A stretch of DNA of 64,000 bases from Octopus vulgaris (GCA_951406725.2 OX597824.1:71114001-71178000); one strand, 5' to 3'. Numbered from the stretch's first letter, positions 28,121-44,074 are shown. Numbers and translations are program-made. Notes: generated by a model from the letters alone, not told the origin.

Positions 28121-28234
28121 CATACAGTAAAAACTATACTATTTATATAATAAATGCAGTGCAAATGTGTGCATGTGCGTAAACATGTATGTTTTGTGTG
28201 TGTGTATGCGCGCGCGTTATACGTACGTACAGAC

Positions 28235-28292
<58 letters not shown>

Positions 28293-28294
28293 GT

Positions 28295-28406
<112 letters not shown>

Positions 28407-28547
28407 CGCGCGCGCACACACACACACACGCACACACACACACAGAGGGTCACTGAAACACTGAGCACAACAGCAGCAACAATAAGAAACGATTTAAGAA
28501 CAATAAAAGGCCACACATAAGTTTGAAATAGCAACATATTAACTTAC

Positions 28548-28703
28548 CAAATCAACAAGCCACGGTCCACGAGAAGTAGATGAGGCGACGCCGACGGCTG
28601 CGACGGCGGCGGCGGCCATCACTGCATTAGTTTGCAAAGATAGCAACGACAGAAGACAACCGCACACGGCTGCCGCTAGGGATCCGTTAACCAAGAGGTT
28701 CAT
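28548..28703 (-). CDS. Candidate first coding exon of a secreted or membrane protein (signal-peptide-like)
   Basis: ACCATGA start context; 52 codons MNLLVNGSLAAAVCGCLLSLLSLQTNAVMAAAAVAAVGVASSTSRGPWLVDL; consensus donor TTG|GTAAGT (phase 0); possible acceptor TTCATTGATAG 14 nt upstream; locally GC-rich and unique. Confidence 0.5.
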
Positions 28704-28910
28704 GGTGATTGTAAGAACTATCAATGAATGGAATGGTAACGTATACAATGGAATAACCCACCACCGATTCCACCTCCTTTTCTTCCGCAAGAGCTTACGC
28801 TTTTTTCGCTTTCTCTTTCTCTCTCTTCTCTTTCCTTCGCTTCATCCCGCATCCTCTCTGTTTATCCACCTCTCGCTTCCTTTCGTTCTCTCTCTAACTC
28901 TCTCTCTCTT

Positions 28911-28943
<33 letters not shown>

Positions 28944-29178
28944 TCTCTCTCTCTCCCTCTCTCTGTATATGCGTCTCTCTGTGTGCTTATGTCTTTGCGT
29001 TTGTGTTTGTAACCTTCACCCTACAGCAGGACAACCGGTGTTGCGTTGTTTACGTCTCCATAACTTAACGATTAAGTAGTAAACTTCAAAAAATTAACTA
29101 CTGACGTCGATTTGTTCGAGCGCATCCTTCAAGGCAAGTGGCCCAGCATTGCTGCAGTCCAATGACTAAGACAAATTA

Positions 29179-29744
<566 letters not shown>

Positions 29745-29746
<2 letters not shown>

Positions 29747-30148
29747 TTTTATTCTTTTTTACTTGTTTCAGTTATTTGACTGCAGCCATCCTAGAGCACC
29801 GCCTTGAGGGATTTTACTCCAGTAAATCGACCCCGCGACTTTATTTTTTTAAAGTCTAGTACTCATTTTATTGTTATCTTTTGTCGAACCGTTAAGTTAC
29901 GGGGACGTAAACATACCAATACCGTTTGTCAAACAGTGATGGCGGGAGGGAAAATACAGACACGCAAGCACACGTGTACACACACACGCGCACACACACA
30001 TATAAGAAAGGCTGCTTTCAGTTTCTGTCTACCAAATCCACTCACAAGGCATTGTTCGGCCCGAGGCTATAGTGGAAGACCAAGTTATATTGTAGTGACA
30101 CTGAAACCGGAACCTTGTGGTTGGGAAGCAGGCTTCTTACCACACAGG

Positions 30149-30152
<4 letters not shown>
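29745..30152 (-). mobile_element. SINE family A, diverged full copy
   Basis: Homology to the other copies. Confidence 0.8.
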
Positions 30153-30209
<57 letters not shown>

Positions 30210-30358
30210 CCAAATGGGACAAGAACGCAAAATATCCGAACAGGTGATACAAAAAGGGACAATAAAACATCCAGATAGACGATACAAAGAAAACACGGAC
30301 GGATCATTCAAAGCTTTTTTTTCTTCAGTCAAGCACCAGATTATCCTCGCAATTTCGG

Positions 30359-30416
<58 letters not shown>

Positions 30417-30576
30417 TATGTACATATATATATATTCATATGTTTATATATATATATACGTATATATATATATTCATAGGTATATATATATATGTAGATA
30501 TATGCATACATATACATATGCAAACATATATATAGAGATCGTTAGTTCTATTTAGCGTATATGTTCCTAAACATGT

Positions 30577-30645
<69 letters not shown>

Positions 30646-30994
30646 CAGACAGATAGATAGATATGCATGCACACGTGTACACACATACATACATACATAT
30701 ACACTCACATACAAGTACACTCACATACATACATACATACATACCTACATACATACATACATACATACATACATACATACATACATACATACATACATAC
30801 ATACATACATACATAGCTACAAGCGGTTTTATAATGTAAAATATGGAAATTGCAATAATTCGGGAAATTAATTGAACAAAACTCACTACAAGAATAGAGT
30901 TAAATGTTATAAAAATTTTTATTAACAGTGACTTCGAAGTCCAGTGGACAGTGGCGTCGGCAAACAGTGAGGCCCGATAGGTGGTGTAGGGTGT

Positions 30995-31605
30995 GGGGTG
31001 GTGGTGGTGGTGGTGGTGGTGGTGGTGGTGGTGGTGGTGGTGGTGGTGGTGGTGGTGGTGGTGGTGTGGTGTTGGTGGTGGTGGTGTTGGTGGTGTTGGT
31101 GGTGGTGTTGGTGGTGGTGGTGGTGGTGGTGGTGGTGGTGGTGGTGGTGGTGGTGGTGGTGGTGGGTGGTGGTGGTGGTAGTGGTGGTGGTGGTACTGGT
31201 GGTGTTGGTGGTGGTGGTGGTGGTGGTGGTGGTGGTGGTGGTGGTGGTGGTGGTGGTGGTGGTGGTGGTGGTGTGGTGGTGGTGGTGTTGGTGGTGTTGG
31301 TGGTGGTGGTGGTGGTGGTGGTGGTGGTGGTGGTGGTGGTGGTGGTGGCGGTGATCATGATAATTATCATCATCATCATCTTCATCGTGATCATGATGAC
31401 GACGACGACGATGTTGATTATGCTGATGATGGTGATGATAACGAGCACGACGATGATGGTGTCGATTATGACGATGATGATGATAACAGTAATGATTATC
31501 ACGATGATGATGTCAATGGTAGTCGTATTAGTGGTGGTGGCGGCGGTGATGGCAGTGATGGCAGTGATGGCAGTGGTGGTGGTGGTGGTGACGGTGGTGG
31601 TGCTA
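30995..31605. repeat. (GGT)n followed by (GAT/GAC)n trinucleotide low-complexity tract
   Basis: Direct inspection; explains the poly-G/V/W/P/T ORFs. Confidence 0.95.
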
Positions 31606-31904
31606 TTGATTACATTGTTTTTTACTCAGAAGCGGCGGCGTGTGAAACAATTTAGCTGCTACTTCTAGCATGCCATGTGATCACTTAGAAGTTTCCAGTT
31701 TTGAACACGGCTGAAACAAATATTTCTTTTATTTAGTAATTACTAACTTTACCACCACCACCGCCACCACCACTGCCTTCACCACAGTCAACACTAATAT
31801 CAGTACTTCCCTTCCACCATTTATCCGTTTCTCTCTCAATGCTGGTCTTTACCTTCCTTGTCTTGTCTCTCCTCTTTCCAGTCTTTTTCCCTCTTTCTGT
31901 GTGC

Positions 31905-32048
31905 GCACGCGTGTTTGTGTGTGTGTGTATATATGTGTGTGTAATTACATATGTATATGTGTGTATTTATATAATATATATATATATATGTGTGTGTGTG
32001 TGCATTTACATAATAATATATATGTATACAAATATGTATATATGTATA

Positions 32049-32118
<70 letters not shown>

Positions 32119-32151
32119 GTATATGTATATGCATATATATATATATGTATG

Positions 32152-32201
<50 letters not shown>

Positions 32202-32480
32202 TATATATGTATGTATGTATATATATATATATATATATATACATACATATATATATGACATCACATTCTTGCATGCATACAAGTAATGTGTGTGTGTGTT
32301 TGCATGTATGTACATATTTATGTATGTATGTATGTATATATATATATATATATATATATTTGTGTCTATATATATATATATACTACATTTTATTTATATT
32401 TCTATATATAAACTACTTTATGTGTATATATATATATGCTTGTCTGTGTGTGAGTGTATGTGTGTACGTATGTATAAAAA
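31905..32480. repeat. Degenerate (TA)n/(TG)n microsatellite block
   Basis: Direct inspection. Confidence 0.9.
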
Positions 32481-32724
32481 ACATTATTCTCATGTTATAT
32501 GTCTATCAATAGATAGTTGTCTTTCCTTCCCCTTCTCCCCCTCACGCTCTGTGTTCCCCCACACGCACCTTCATGTCACTACGCTAGACATCAGAGCTAA
32601 ATAAATGAGAATCAGAACACCATTAAAACTACCCTGCAGTTTGTTTAGATAGGCTCTCTAAACGAAACACATATTTGTGTGTGTGTGTGTGTGTGTGTGT
32701 GTATTATGCTTATATATACATATA

Positions 32725-32888
32725 AGCGCAAGAGTGGCTGTGTGGTAAGAGGCTTGCTTCCTCACCACATAGTTCCGGTTTCAGTCCCACTGCGTGGCAC
32801 CTTAGGCAAGTGTCTTCTACTATAGCCTCGGACCGACCAAAGCCTCGTGAGTGGATTTGGTAGACGGAAACTGAAAGAAACCCGTCGT
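32725..32888 (+). mobile_element. SINE family A, 5' half
   Basis: Homology to the other copies. Confidence 0.85.
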
Positions 32889-32900
32889 ATATATATATAT

Positions 32901-33109
32901 AAAGCACGTGGTTGAATATATAGAAAATAGTAAAAAGTGAAAAAACTACAGAAGGCTTGTTTTAAAAGGTTAAAAAATATATATTTGAGTCAATATGTCT
33001 GAAGAATGTTATAAATTTATAACATTCTTCAGACGTATTGACTCAAATATATATTTTTTAACCTTTTAAAACAAGCCTTCTGTAGTTTTTTCACTTTTTA
33101 TTTTCTATT

Positions 33110-33116
<7 letters not shown>
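32901..33116. mobile_element. Loopless ~200 bp palindromic element in (TA)n
   Basis: Centre GAAGAATGTTATAAA|TTTATAACATTCTTC at 33015/33016; second family member at 38131-38588. Confidence 0.9.
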
Positions 33117-33144
<28 letters not shown>

Positions 33145-33221
33145 ATCCAAACATGAAAACACAACAACGCGAGGACGTGGAACAAGTATAGTGTTATTGG
33201 ACGCTCAGGAAAGAAGGAGGA

Positions 33222-33254
33222 TTTAACGTTTCGAGCGAAGCTCTTCGTCAGAAA
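33222..33254 (-). ncRNA. Minimal type I hammerhead, canonical core (family E relative, 33140-33325)
   Basis: Minus strand TTT-CTGACGA-A-GAGC-TTC-GCTC-GAAA-C-GTT-AAA; palindromic AACGTT across stem III. Confidence 0.65.
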
Positions 33255-33322
33255 GGTAGGAAAAGGAATGATCCAAGGAAGGGAAGACGGAGGGAAAAAT
33301 CGCCAACGGTACACACGCGATA

Positions 33323-33405
<83 letters not shown>

Positions 33406-33594
33406 GTATATCTACACACATACACATATATATGCATATATGGGTACAGGACGTCACTAACCGTAAACAACATGAAATACGAAAACAAAAGAGTTGGATA
33501 CATAGACATCGAGAAAAACAAATGGAAAACAGAACAAGTAACATAAGAACGACCCTTCATCAGCTGTCGGCTGTCCATCTACTCCTCATTTCGA

Positions 33595-33645
<51 letters not shown>

Positions 33646-33938
33646 ACACACAAACATTTACCAATGCATACACATATACATATAGATATTCCCAGACAAG
33701 CGTGCATTATGTTTATTTGCATAAGTTATAGGCATGTGTGTGTGTCTGTGAGTGTATAAAATTGATAGACAAAGAGATGATGTTCATCTAGGTACGCATA
33801 TAAATCTATACATTCATACATACATATATATACGTAGTATGTATATGTGTGTGTATGTATGTATGTATTATATATACAAACATGTATGTGTATACATATA
33901 TTTGTGTATATACATATGTATATATATAAATATATGTA

Positions 33939-33975
<37 letters not shown>

Positions 33976-33977
33976 GC

Positions 33978-34030
<53 letters not shown>

Positions 34031-34307
34031 CGTACGTAAATGTTTGCTAGCTTCCAGACTAAAGAGCCTGTTGGAAATAGAATGAATATAAACAACTATT
34101 TTTGTGAGCATCTATTTTCCATTTGCACGCACGTACACTCACCATCAATCATATATACATACGCATGTGCATATATGTGTGTGTTTGTGTGCGTGTGCTT
34201 GTATATGTGCGCATATATATGTATGTATGTATGTATGTATATATATGTATGTATGTCTATATATATATGTGTGTGTGTGTGTGTATGTGTGTATGTATGT
34301 ATATACA

Positions 34308-34360
<53 letters not shown>

Positions 34361-34536
34361 ATTTATATTTATGTATATATATATATATATAATGTAATGT
34401 ACGTATGTATATAAGTGTGCACACACACACATATACTTCACACATGCACACACACGCTTACACGTACACACGCATAGACGCACGCACACACACTCACATA
34501 CACACACACACGCACACACACACATACACACACACA

Positions 34537-34579
<43 letters not shown>

Positions 34580-34864
34580 ATAAATGCTCAAACTGAGAGA
34601 CATATGCTGAAAAGTATCCAAAATAAATAGATTTTCTTCGCCCGCCCCCATCCTTACTCCATCCCCTACCACATCCCTATGCACACCACCACCACCACCA
34701 CCACCTCCACCAACTGCCAGATCCCCCCTCCCCACCACAACATACTCCTAGACCTTTCTTCTCCAATTACATATCGCCCATAGTCATTCTTTGGCTGGGA
34801 ATGCTGTTTTAAAGAACCTCATTCTTTACTTAGATTCCTATCGAGGACCAGATAACCTTTTGTG

Positions 34865-35479
34865 CTTTCTCTTGCGCTCTGTTCTCTCTCTCCTTTTTTC
34901 TCTCTCTCCTTCTCTCCCTCTCTCTCCTTTTTTCTCTCTCTCCCTCTCTCCCTCTCTCTCTTTCTATTTTTCTTACTCTTTTTCTCTCTTTCCCTCTCTC
35001 CATCTCTCTCTTTTTCTCTCTCTCCCTCTCTCCATCTCTCTCTCTTCTATTTTTCTTACTCTTTTTCTCTCTTTCCTCTCTCCATCTCTCTCCTTTTTCT
35101 CTCTCTCTCTCTCCATCTCTCTCTCTTCTTCCTATTTTTCTTACTCTTTTTCTCTCTTTCTTTTGTTTCTCACTTTTTCTCTGTCTCTCTCTTCTTCCGC
35201 TCTCTTGTCCTATCTCCCCTTAAAATACACGCGCGCACGCACATACACACACTCACACACACACTCTTACACCACACGCACGTGCTCTCTCTCTCTCTCT
35301 CTCTCTCTGCCTCTCACTTTCTCTGTCTCTGTCATTCTCTCCTTTTCTCCCTCTGTTTCTCCATCTCTCTTTCTCTTTCTTTCTCCCTGTGTCACTCAAT
35401 TTTTCCTTTTTTCTTGATTTTCCTTTGTTTTTTATCTCTCTTTTTTCCTTAATTTTTCTCATTTACACACACACACACA

Positions 35480-35513
<34 letters not shown>

Positions 35514-35525
35514 TTTTGTCTTTCT
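34865..35525. repeat. Polypyrimidine (CT-rich) low-complexity tract
   Basis: Direct inspection. Confidence 0.9.
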
Positions 35526-36079
35526 CCCTTGAGTATTTTTAAGGTTCTGTGTTATGTAATCCGTTTTGTGGACAGCGAAATCATACATACATACATACAT
35601 ACATACATACATACATACACACACACATACACACACACACATACATACATCCATACATGCATACATACATACATACATACATACATACATACATACATAC
35701 ATACATACATACATGCATGCATACACACACACATACATACATACATACATACATACATACATACATACATACATACATACATACATACATACATACATAC
35801 ATACATACATACGCTCGACATGTATATATGTATGTGTATATGTATGATTATGACATCCCACACATTACCATCTCGTATTTCGGAAGCTGTCGATGGCTGT
35901 AACATTTAATTTCCTTTTTTCACATTTCAGATGACTGGATGTGATTCGTGGAAGGTTTTTCCGCTATTTCGATGTGTCTCCAAAGAAACAAACCAGCTTT
36001 TAATTAACTTCATAACGAACAGACTTTACTCCGTTGCTCGGTTTATCACCACGACATGGCCGCTGGGTGCCTTTAACAG

Positions 36080-36676
36080 TTTTCTTATTTCTTTATTGCC
36101 CACAAGGGGCTAAACATAGAGCGAACAAACAAGGACGGACAAACGGATTAAGTCGATTATATCGACCACAGTGCGTAACTGTTACTTATTTAATCGACGC
36201 CGAAAGGATGAAAGGCAAAGTCGACCTCGGCGGAGTTTGAACTCAGAACGTAACAGCAGACGAAATACCTATTTCTATTTCTTTATTGCCCACAAGGGGC
36301 TAAACATAGAGGGGACAAAGGTCAGACAAAGGGATTATCGACCCCAGTGCGTAACTGGTACTTTTTTTATCGACCGCGAAAAGATGAAAGGCAAAGTCGA
36401 CCTCGGCGGAATTTGCACGCAGAACGTAGACAGTCGAAATACCTATTTCTTTACTACCCACAAGGGGCTAAACACAGAGAGTACAAACAAGGACAGACAA
36501 ACGGATTAAGTCGATTATATCGACCACAGTGCGTAACTGGTACTTATTTAATCGACGCCGAAAGGATGAAAGGCAAAGTCGACCTCGGCGGAGTTTGAAC
36601 TCAGAACGTAACAGCAGACGAAATACCGCTAAGCATTTCGCCCGGCGTACTAACGTTTCTGCCAGCTCGCCGCCTT
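36080..36676 (-). mobile_element. Head-to-tail trimer of SINE family B
   Basis: One full head (36676) and two headless units joined at AATAGGTATTTCG. Confidence 0.85.
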
Positions 36677-36849
36677 CAACAGATTTCTGCTGAAAGGATT
36701 GCGGTCATGGGTGTTCTTTCTGCGTAAAGAGGAAATGAGAAAATTGCTGAATCTGTAAAGTTTAAACTGTTGATAAAAGTATACCGCTTTTGTCTGGAAT
36801 AGGTGCAGGAGATGCAAATGTAACGGAAGCTGAACACCATCTAATATTC

Positions 36850-37160
36850 TTTCTTTCGCCCTTTTCAAGCCTAGAAAGGCTCATGGGCCCCGTTTCTTGG
36901 TTTGTGTGGCGTATGTGTTCCCCCACAGCTGGACGGGACGCCAGTACCATCGCAGCGTTACTCAAGAAACAGGAATAGAGAGTGAGAGAATGTTGTGGCG
37001 AAAGAGTACAATAGGGGTCGCCCAAACTCCTCTGCCGGAGCCTCGTGGTGCTTTTAGGTGTTTTCGCTCAATAAACACACACAACATCCGATCTGGGAAT
37101 CGAAACGGCGTTCCTCCGACCGCGAGTCCGCTGCCCTAACCACTGGACCATTGCGCCTCC
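36850..37160 (-). mobile_element. SINE family C relative (same tRNA-Arg-like head, different 3' body)
   Basis: Head matches 19421-19550. Confidence 0.75.
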
Positions 37161-37214
37161 ACACCATCTAATATACAATTCTATATTTCTGAGATGCGGA
37201 ATTTATATTATTTA

Positions 37215-37703
37215 TGTATACTGTTTATATTAGTCGGAATGTTGTCCTCATCTTGATTGCTGCTTTCACTACGTTTCAGCTGTCGTATGCTCCAATCCTC
37301 TTCAGGTGTCTTGTGTTGAACTCAGTTCTATCGGAATTTCATGCGTAATCCTTAATTTGATTTACGGAGGTAGACTGTTCTTACTCCTCTCTCTCTACGT
37401 TTCGTTATACTTTCTTGCTTCAATTGACTTTTTTGTGAATTGCATTAGTGCCTTGCCTGGGATTGAGCTCAGAACCTATAGGTGACTACATTAACCAACG
37501 TCTTTATCTGCTGCGCATAGCATAGTGTACCCCCGTTGATCAAATAAAGGTTTAAGTTCGAAAGGGTTAGGTTCGAAATTCCGATTGAACAACCAAGTTC
37601 AACACAGGCTACCTGAAGAAGACTGGAGAGTACAACAGCCGAAATGTAGTGAAAGCAACAATCAAGATGAGAACACCATTCCGACCAATGTAAACATTAT
37701 ACA
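37215..37703. mobile_element. Inverted-repeat element with a hammerhead-like core in each arm
   Basis: Arms 37215-37322 and 37596-37703; cores CAC-CTGAAGA...CAGCT-GAAAC-GTA-GTG (minus) and TAC-CTGAAGA-A-GACTG...CAGCC-GAAAT-GTA-GTG (plus). Confidence 0.7.
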
Positions 37704-37811
37704 CGCCACCTAATATATCCGTTTCAAGACTAAACATAGCTCCCGTAGCCTGACTAACAAAGAAGACCAAACATCCGAAAATACTAATGAGAAATTAAAT
37801 GAATCTCAAGG

Positions 37812-39348
<1,537 letters not shown>

Positions 39349-39754
39349 TATTCTGGATATTTGTAAAACTAACAAGCTACATTGAGAAATCCGTGGAGTC
39401 TGGCAATATACTCTCCAAACTGTTCGAAAACTGTTCTCTGTATGTGTCGCGATTTGCGGAATTGGACATCAAAGAAACGAGTCAACAAGACTAAGTTCAA
39501 TGGTCGTCTTCCAGAATAATTCATAGAGGTATAAGATCAGAATATTAGAAAAACCATTGTTCCCATTATCAAGGACTGCATGAGAAATATGTTGAATGAT
39601 CCTCATAAGATTCTAAATTTCTCAGAAAATGTTCTTACCTTGGCCAAAGCTACTACAATAGCGAGGAAAAGGCTTCTTTAGCTGAAACGGGTTCACGTTC
39701 ATCGGCTGTTTCTGTGTCAGGAGGTGTTGAAGGCTATGTATTAAACAGAAACAT

Positions 39755-41092
39755 TGGTTTCAAATTTGGCACAAGGCCAGCAATTTCGAGAAAGAGGGTA
39801 AATAAATTTCATTGACCCCAGTGTTCAACTGGTACTTATTTCACCCCGAAAGGATGAAAGGTAAAGTCGACGTCGACAGAATTTGAACCCAGAACGTTAA
39901 ACATTTTGCTCGGACTGCTAACGAATCGGTTAGAAATCTGTGGAATCTGGAAATCTACTCCCCAAACTGTTTAAGAACCTTAACGATTCTGCCAGCTCGC
40001 CGTCTTTTTTATGTCGCAATAATGGTTTCAAACGTTGGCAATAATTTTAAGAGGATTGGTAAGTCGACTACACTGTGCCTTGTAATTTATTTTATCGACA
40101 CCGGAAAGGCGAAAAGGCAAAGCTGTGTGCAACGGGATTTGAAATCAGAACGTAAGGATTGGAACAAAAACCACAAGGCATTTTATTCTGACATACTAAC
40201 GATTCTTATTTCTTTATTGCCCACAAGGGGCTAAACATAGAGGGGACAAACAAGGACAGACAAAGGGATTAAGTCGATCACACCGACCCTAGTGCATAAT
40301 TGGTACTTAATTTATCGACCCCGAAAGGATGAAAAGCAAAGTCGACCTCGGCGGAATTTGAACTCAGAACGTAACGGCAGACGAAATACCGCTAAGCATT
40401 TCGCCCGGCGTGCTAACGATTCTGCCAGCTCGCCGCCTTATACAAACAATTCTGTCAAGCCACCACCCTTTTTTATGTCATAATTTTTTTTTACTATTAT
40501 TGGAACAAGGCCAGTAATTTTGAAGAAGGTGCTAGTCACTTACCTGGACCCTAGTGCTTGACTGACACTTATTTCATCAACCCCGAATTTGAACCCGAAA
40601 TTCCGTTAAGCACTTTGTCCGACGTGCTGTCGATTCTGCCAACTGTCTATGTCGCAATAATGGTTTTAAATTTTAAGAGGAGTGGTGTGTCGATTACACT
40701 GCACCTTGTAATTTATTTTAACGACACCGGAAGGGCGAAAAGGCAAAGTTAACTGCGACGGGATTTGAACTCAGAACGTAAGAAGCCTGAAGAAATAACT
40801 CAAGGCATTTTCCCGGTGCACTAACGATTCTGCCAAGACATCCCTGTTACATCATAATGATGTTTCAAACTTTGGCACAAGGGTAGCAATTTTAAGGAAG
40901 GGGATTAGTTGATTCCATCATCCCTAATACTTGACTAGTATTTTTATTCTATCGACCCCAGGAGGGTGAAAAGATGAAGTCCTACGGGATTTGAACTTAG
41001 TAGTACCTCAACAGCCGGAACAAAAGTGGGGCAAAGAAGTTCCCCCCACCACTACCACCACGCTCTAACGATTCCGCAAATCACCACCTTCG
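39755..41092 (-). mobile_element. Array of about six SINE family B units (old copies plus one young copy at 40205-40438)
   Basis: Repeated CAAGGCCAG.AATTT...CCCCGAAAGG...ATTTGAAC.CAGAACGT...CTAACGATTCTGCCA. Confidence 0.75.
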
Positions 41093-41139
41093 CGTAAGAT
41101 AAACTATATTATATAATATAAGATCAACTATATTATATA

Positions 41140-41198
<59 letters not shown>

Positions 41199-41370
41199 AA
41201 GAAGAAGAAGAAGAAGAAGAAGAAGAAGAAGAAGAAGAAGAAGAAGAAGAAGAAGAAGCTTATTATTAGTCGTATAATTCCTTGTTATTAAGTAGCTGTC
41301 ACGGATAATTATTTTGATATGACTTTGTCGGAATCTTGTTGTTGCTGCTACTGCTGCTGCTGCTACTGCT

Positions 41371-41401
<31 letters not shown>

Positions 41402-41407
41402 ATGACG

Positions 41408-41455
<48 letters not shown>

Positions 41456-41555
41456 GTGGTGTTGGTGGTGGTGTTGTTGGTTGTGTTGGTGGTGGTGATG
41501 ATGACGACGACGGAGGCGACGGCGACCACGACGATGATCATGATGGTGATGCTTT
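41140..41555. repeat. (AAT)n(GAA)n and (GCT)(GAT)(GGC)(GGT) trinucleotide tracts
   Basis: Direct inspection. Confidence 0.9.
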
Positions 41556-42555
41556 TGCTCTCATTGTCGTCACCGTTTCTGTTTTTCAGACCTAACGCAA
41601 CCCTAATCGAGCTGACCCATTATAATCTTGTCTCATCTTATATATTTTCATTTTTTTTTTTCACACTTTGGCTGTGAACATTATTCAAAGCGTCCTTCCT
41701 TTTTTTCCTCGAGATAAAAAAACGGATGATATCTCAGAGGGATTCAACTGCTATGCCTACCAACACGAGCCACCGTTATATAAAGCTTCTCAAGTCGGAT
41801 CCAATGAAATCCATTAAAGACCACTGTTTTCTTTGAATTTTTGTCACGATCTTCATATTCCGTGTAACCCCACAGATGGTTGAAAGATTACACTGAAAAG
41901 AACAGATGGCGGGAAAAGAAAGCAAAGACACACGGTTCTCGCGCGATGTGTGCGTGTTCGAGCGTGTGTACGTGCGTGTGCGTATGTGTGTGTATGTGTC
42001 TATGGGGGTGCGTGTATGCGTGTGCTACGTGTGTGCGCCGTTCGTTGAGTGCACAGGACTCGAAAGTTCCATCACATTCTCTCCTGCTGGGCTCGTTGTG
42101 CTGACACTGAGAGCATTCAGCGGAATTAATTAGACACTTGATAAAGGATTAATCGCGCGCCCGCGTGCTTGTGTGTATGTGTGTACGCATGCGTGTTGTG
42201 TGTATATGTATGTGTCTTGACTGTGTAAACTTGTTTCGGACGCAAACATGGCCGAGAGGTTAAGAAGTTCGCTTCGTAATCCCGATACCCCAAGTTCGAT
42301 CCCACAAAATAGCATTTTAGACAAGTGTCTTGATTCATAGCCGTAGAACAGCTCAAACCATGTGAGTGAAACTAAGATCATGGAAACTGTAATGAAGCCC
42401 GCTGGATTAATTTTACCTGTAATTTAATGACCCAGTCCTGTTACACACATACACACTGTATGACGTGGATTATTCTTGAGAATTATAGGACTTTTACTGG
42501 TTGAGTTCTCAGGTGTATAACTCAATTACAATTTAGCTCAGTTCATCAACCTAAT

Positions 42556-42965
42556 AGGCGCATGCGTGGCTCTATGGTAAGCAGCTTGCTTCCCAACCAC
42601 ATGGTTCTGGATTCAGCCTCATTGCGTGACACCATGGGCAAATGTCTTCTACTATAGCCTCGAACCGACCAAAGCCTTGTGAGTGGATTTGGCTGGCGGA
42701 AACTGAAAGAAGCTCGTCGAATATATATATATATGTATATATTTATGTGTGTGTGTCTGTGTTTGTCCCCCACCATTGATTGACAACCGATGTTGGTGTG
42801 TTTACGTCCACGTAACTTAGCGGTTCGGCAAAAGAGACCGATAGAATAAGTACTAGGCTTACAAAGAATAAGTCCTGGGGTCGAATTGTTCGACTAAAGG
42901 CGGTACTCCAGCATGGCCGCAGTCAAATGACTAAAACAAATAAAAGAATAAAAGAACAAAAGAAT
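42556..42965 (+). mobile_element. SINE family A, full length
   Basis: tRNA-like head TGGCTCTATGGTAAG...GGATTCAGCC, internal (TA)(TG) tract, AAAAGAATAAAAGAA tail. Confidence 0.9.
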
Positions 42966-43899
42966 ATATATGCAAATGTCGAACGACGAGAATCATCGCA
43001 CTTGTGTATTAAGGCTACCTTTGGTTTCATGTTAGGAAAAATATTTTGATATCTTAACAAATTTTCAAGCCGATTACATGGCGGAATGGTGTTCGTCTCT
43101 ATTTGTATATATTTTCATACATACATTTATACATGTAAAGAAATACTCCTATACATACATATACTTACATACAAAAATACATGTATACATTTCTGTATAC
43201 CTATGTACGTATGTGTGTGTGTGCGTATGCGTAGAAGTATGTACGTACGTAAGTATGCATACATGTATGTATGTACGTATATATGTACGTACGTATGTCT
43301 GTGTTTTGTTAGCAGCATTTCTGTTGTACATGTAAGTTTAGAAGATTCAAGAGCTTCAAATCAAGCTCACTAACTGGACATATGGTTGTCTCTTCAACTA
43401 TGTGTGTTGATCTGCATACATATTTATGTGAAGGTTCTTCCGTCCCTCACCACCAAGTGTCTATTTGTGAATCCATCTACGCAAATAAGCGCGTGTTTGT
43501 TGATGTTTATTTGTACCAATACGTTGAGGTCTAAATCGCGTGGAAAGGTTTCACAGAGCTACGCATTTACGAGTACGAATGTTGTCTTGAAAGTGGAGCG
43601 TATCAGTGAGTGACTTCACGCCAATCAGTCTTGCGGGGGACATTTCTGTTGCTTGTTTGTTTGGGTTTTATTTTTTGTTATTTTGTGTTGTTTTGATTTG
43701 TATCATTTTTCTAGATGTGGTCTAGAATGTGTATGTGTGTGTCTGTGTGCGTGTGCATGTGTGCATATGTGTGTGTGAGTGCGTGCGTGCGTGCGTGCGT
43801 GAGTATAGGCGTGGGTATGCATGTGTGTGAGCAAACAGCCTATCGGACAGACAGACAGACAGGTAGATTGCTACCTACCAAGATAGATGGTTAGATAGG

Positions 43900-43959
<60 letters not shown>

Positions 43960-44043
43960 CAAACACATATACATACAGGCAGACAGACAGACAGACAGAC
44001 ACATCCATCCATCCATCCATCCATCCATCCATACATACATACA

Positions 44044-44074
<31 letters not shown>

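Noticed and set aside
39640-39740. Minus-strand AAG|GTAAGA donor after a short open frame
   Set aside because: No convincing acceptor or recognisable protein; embedded among decayed repeats.
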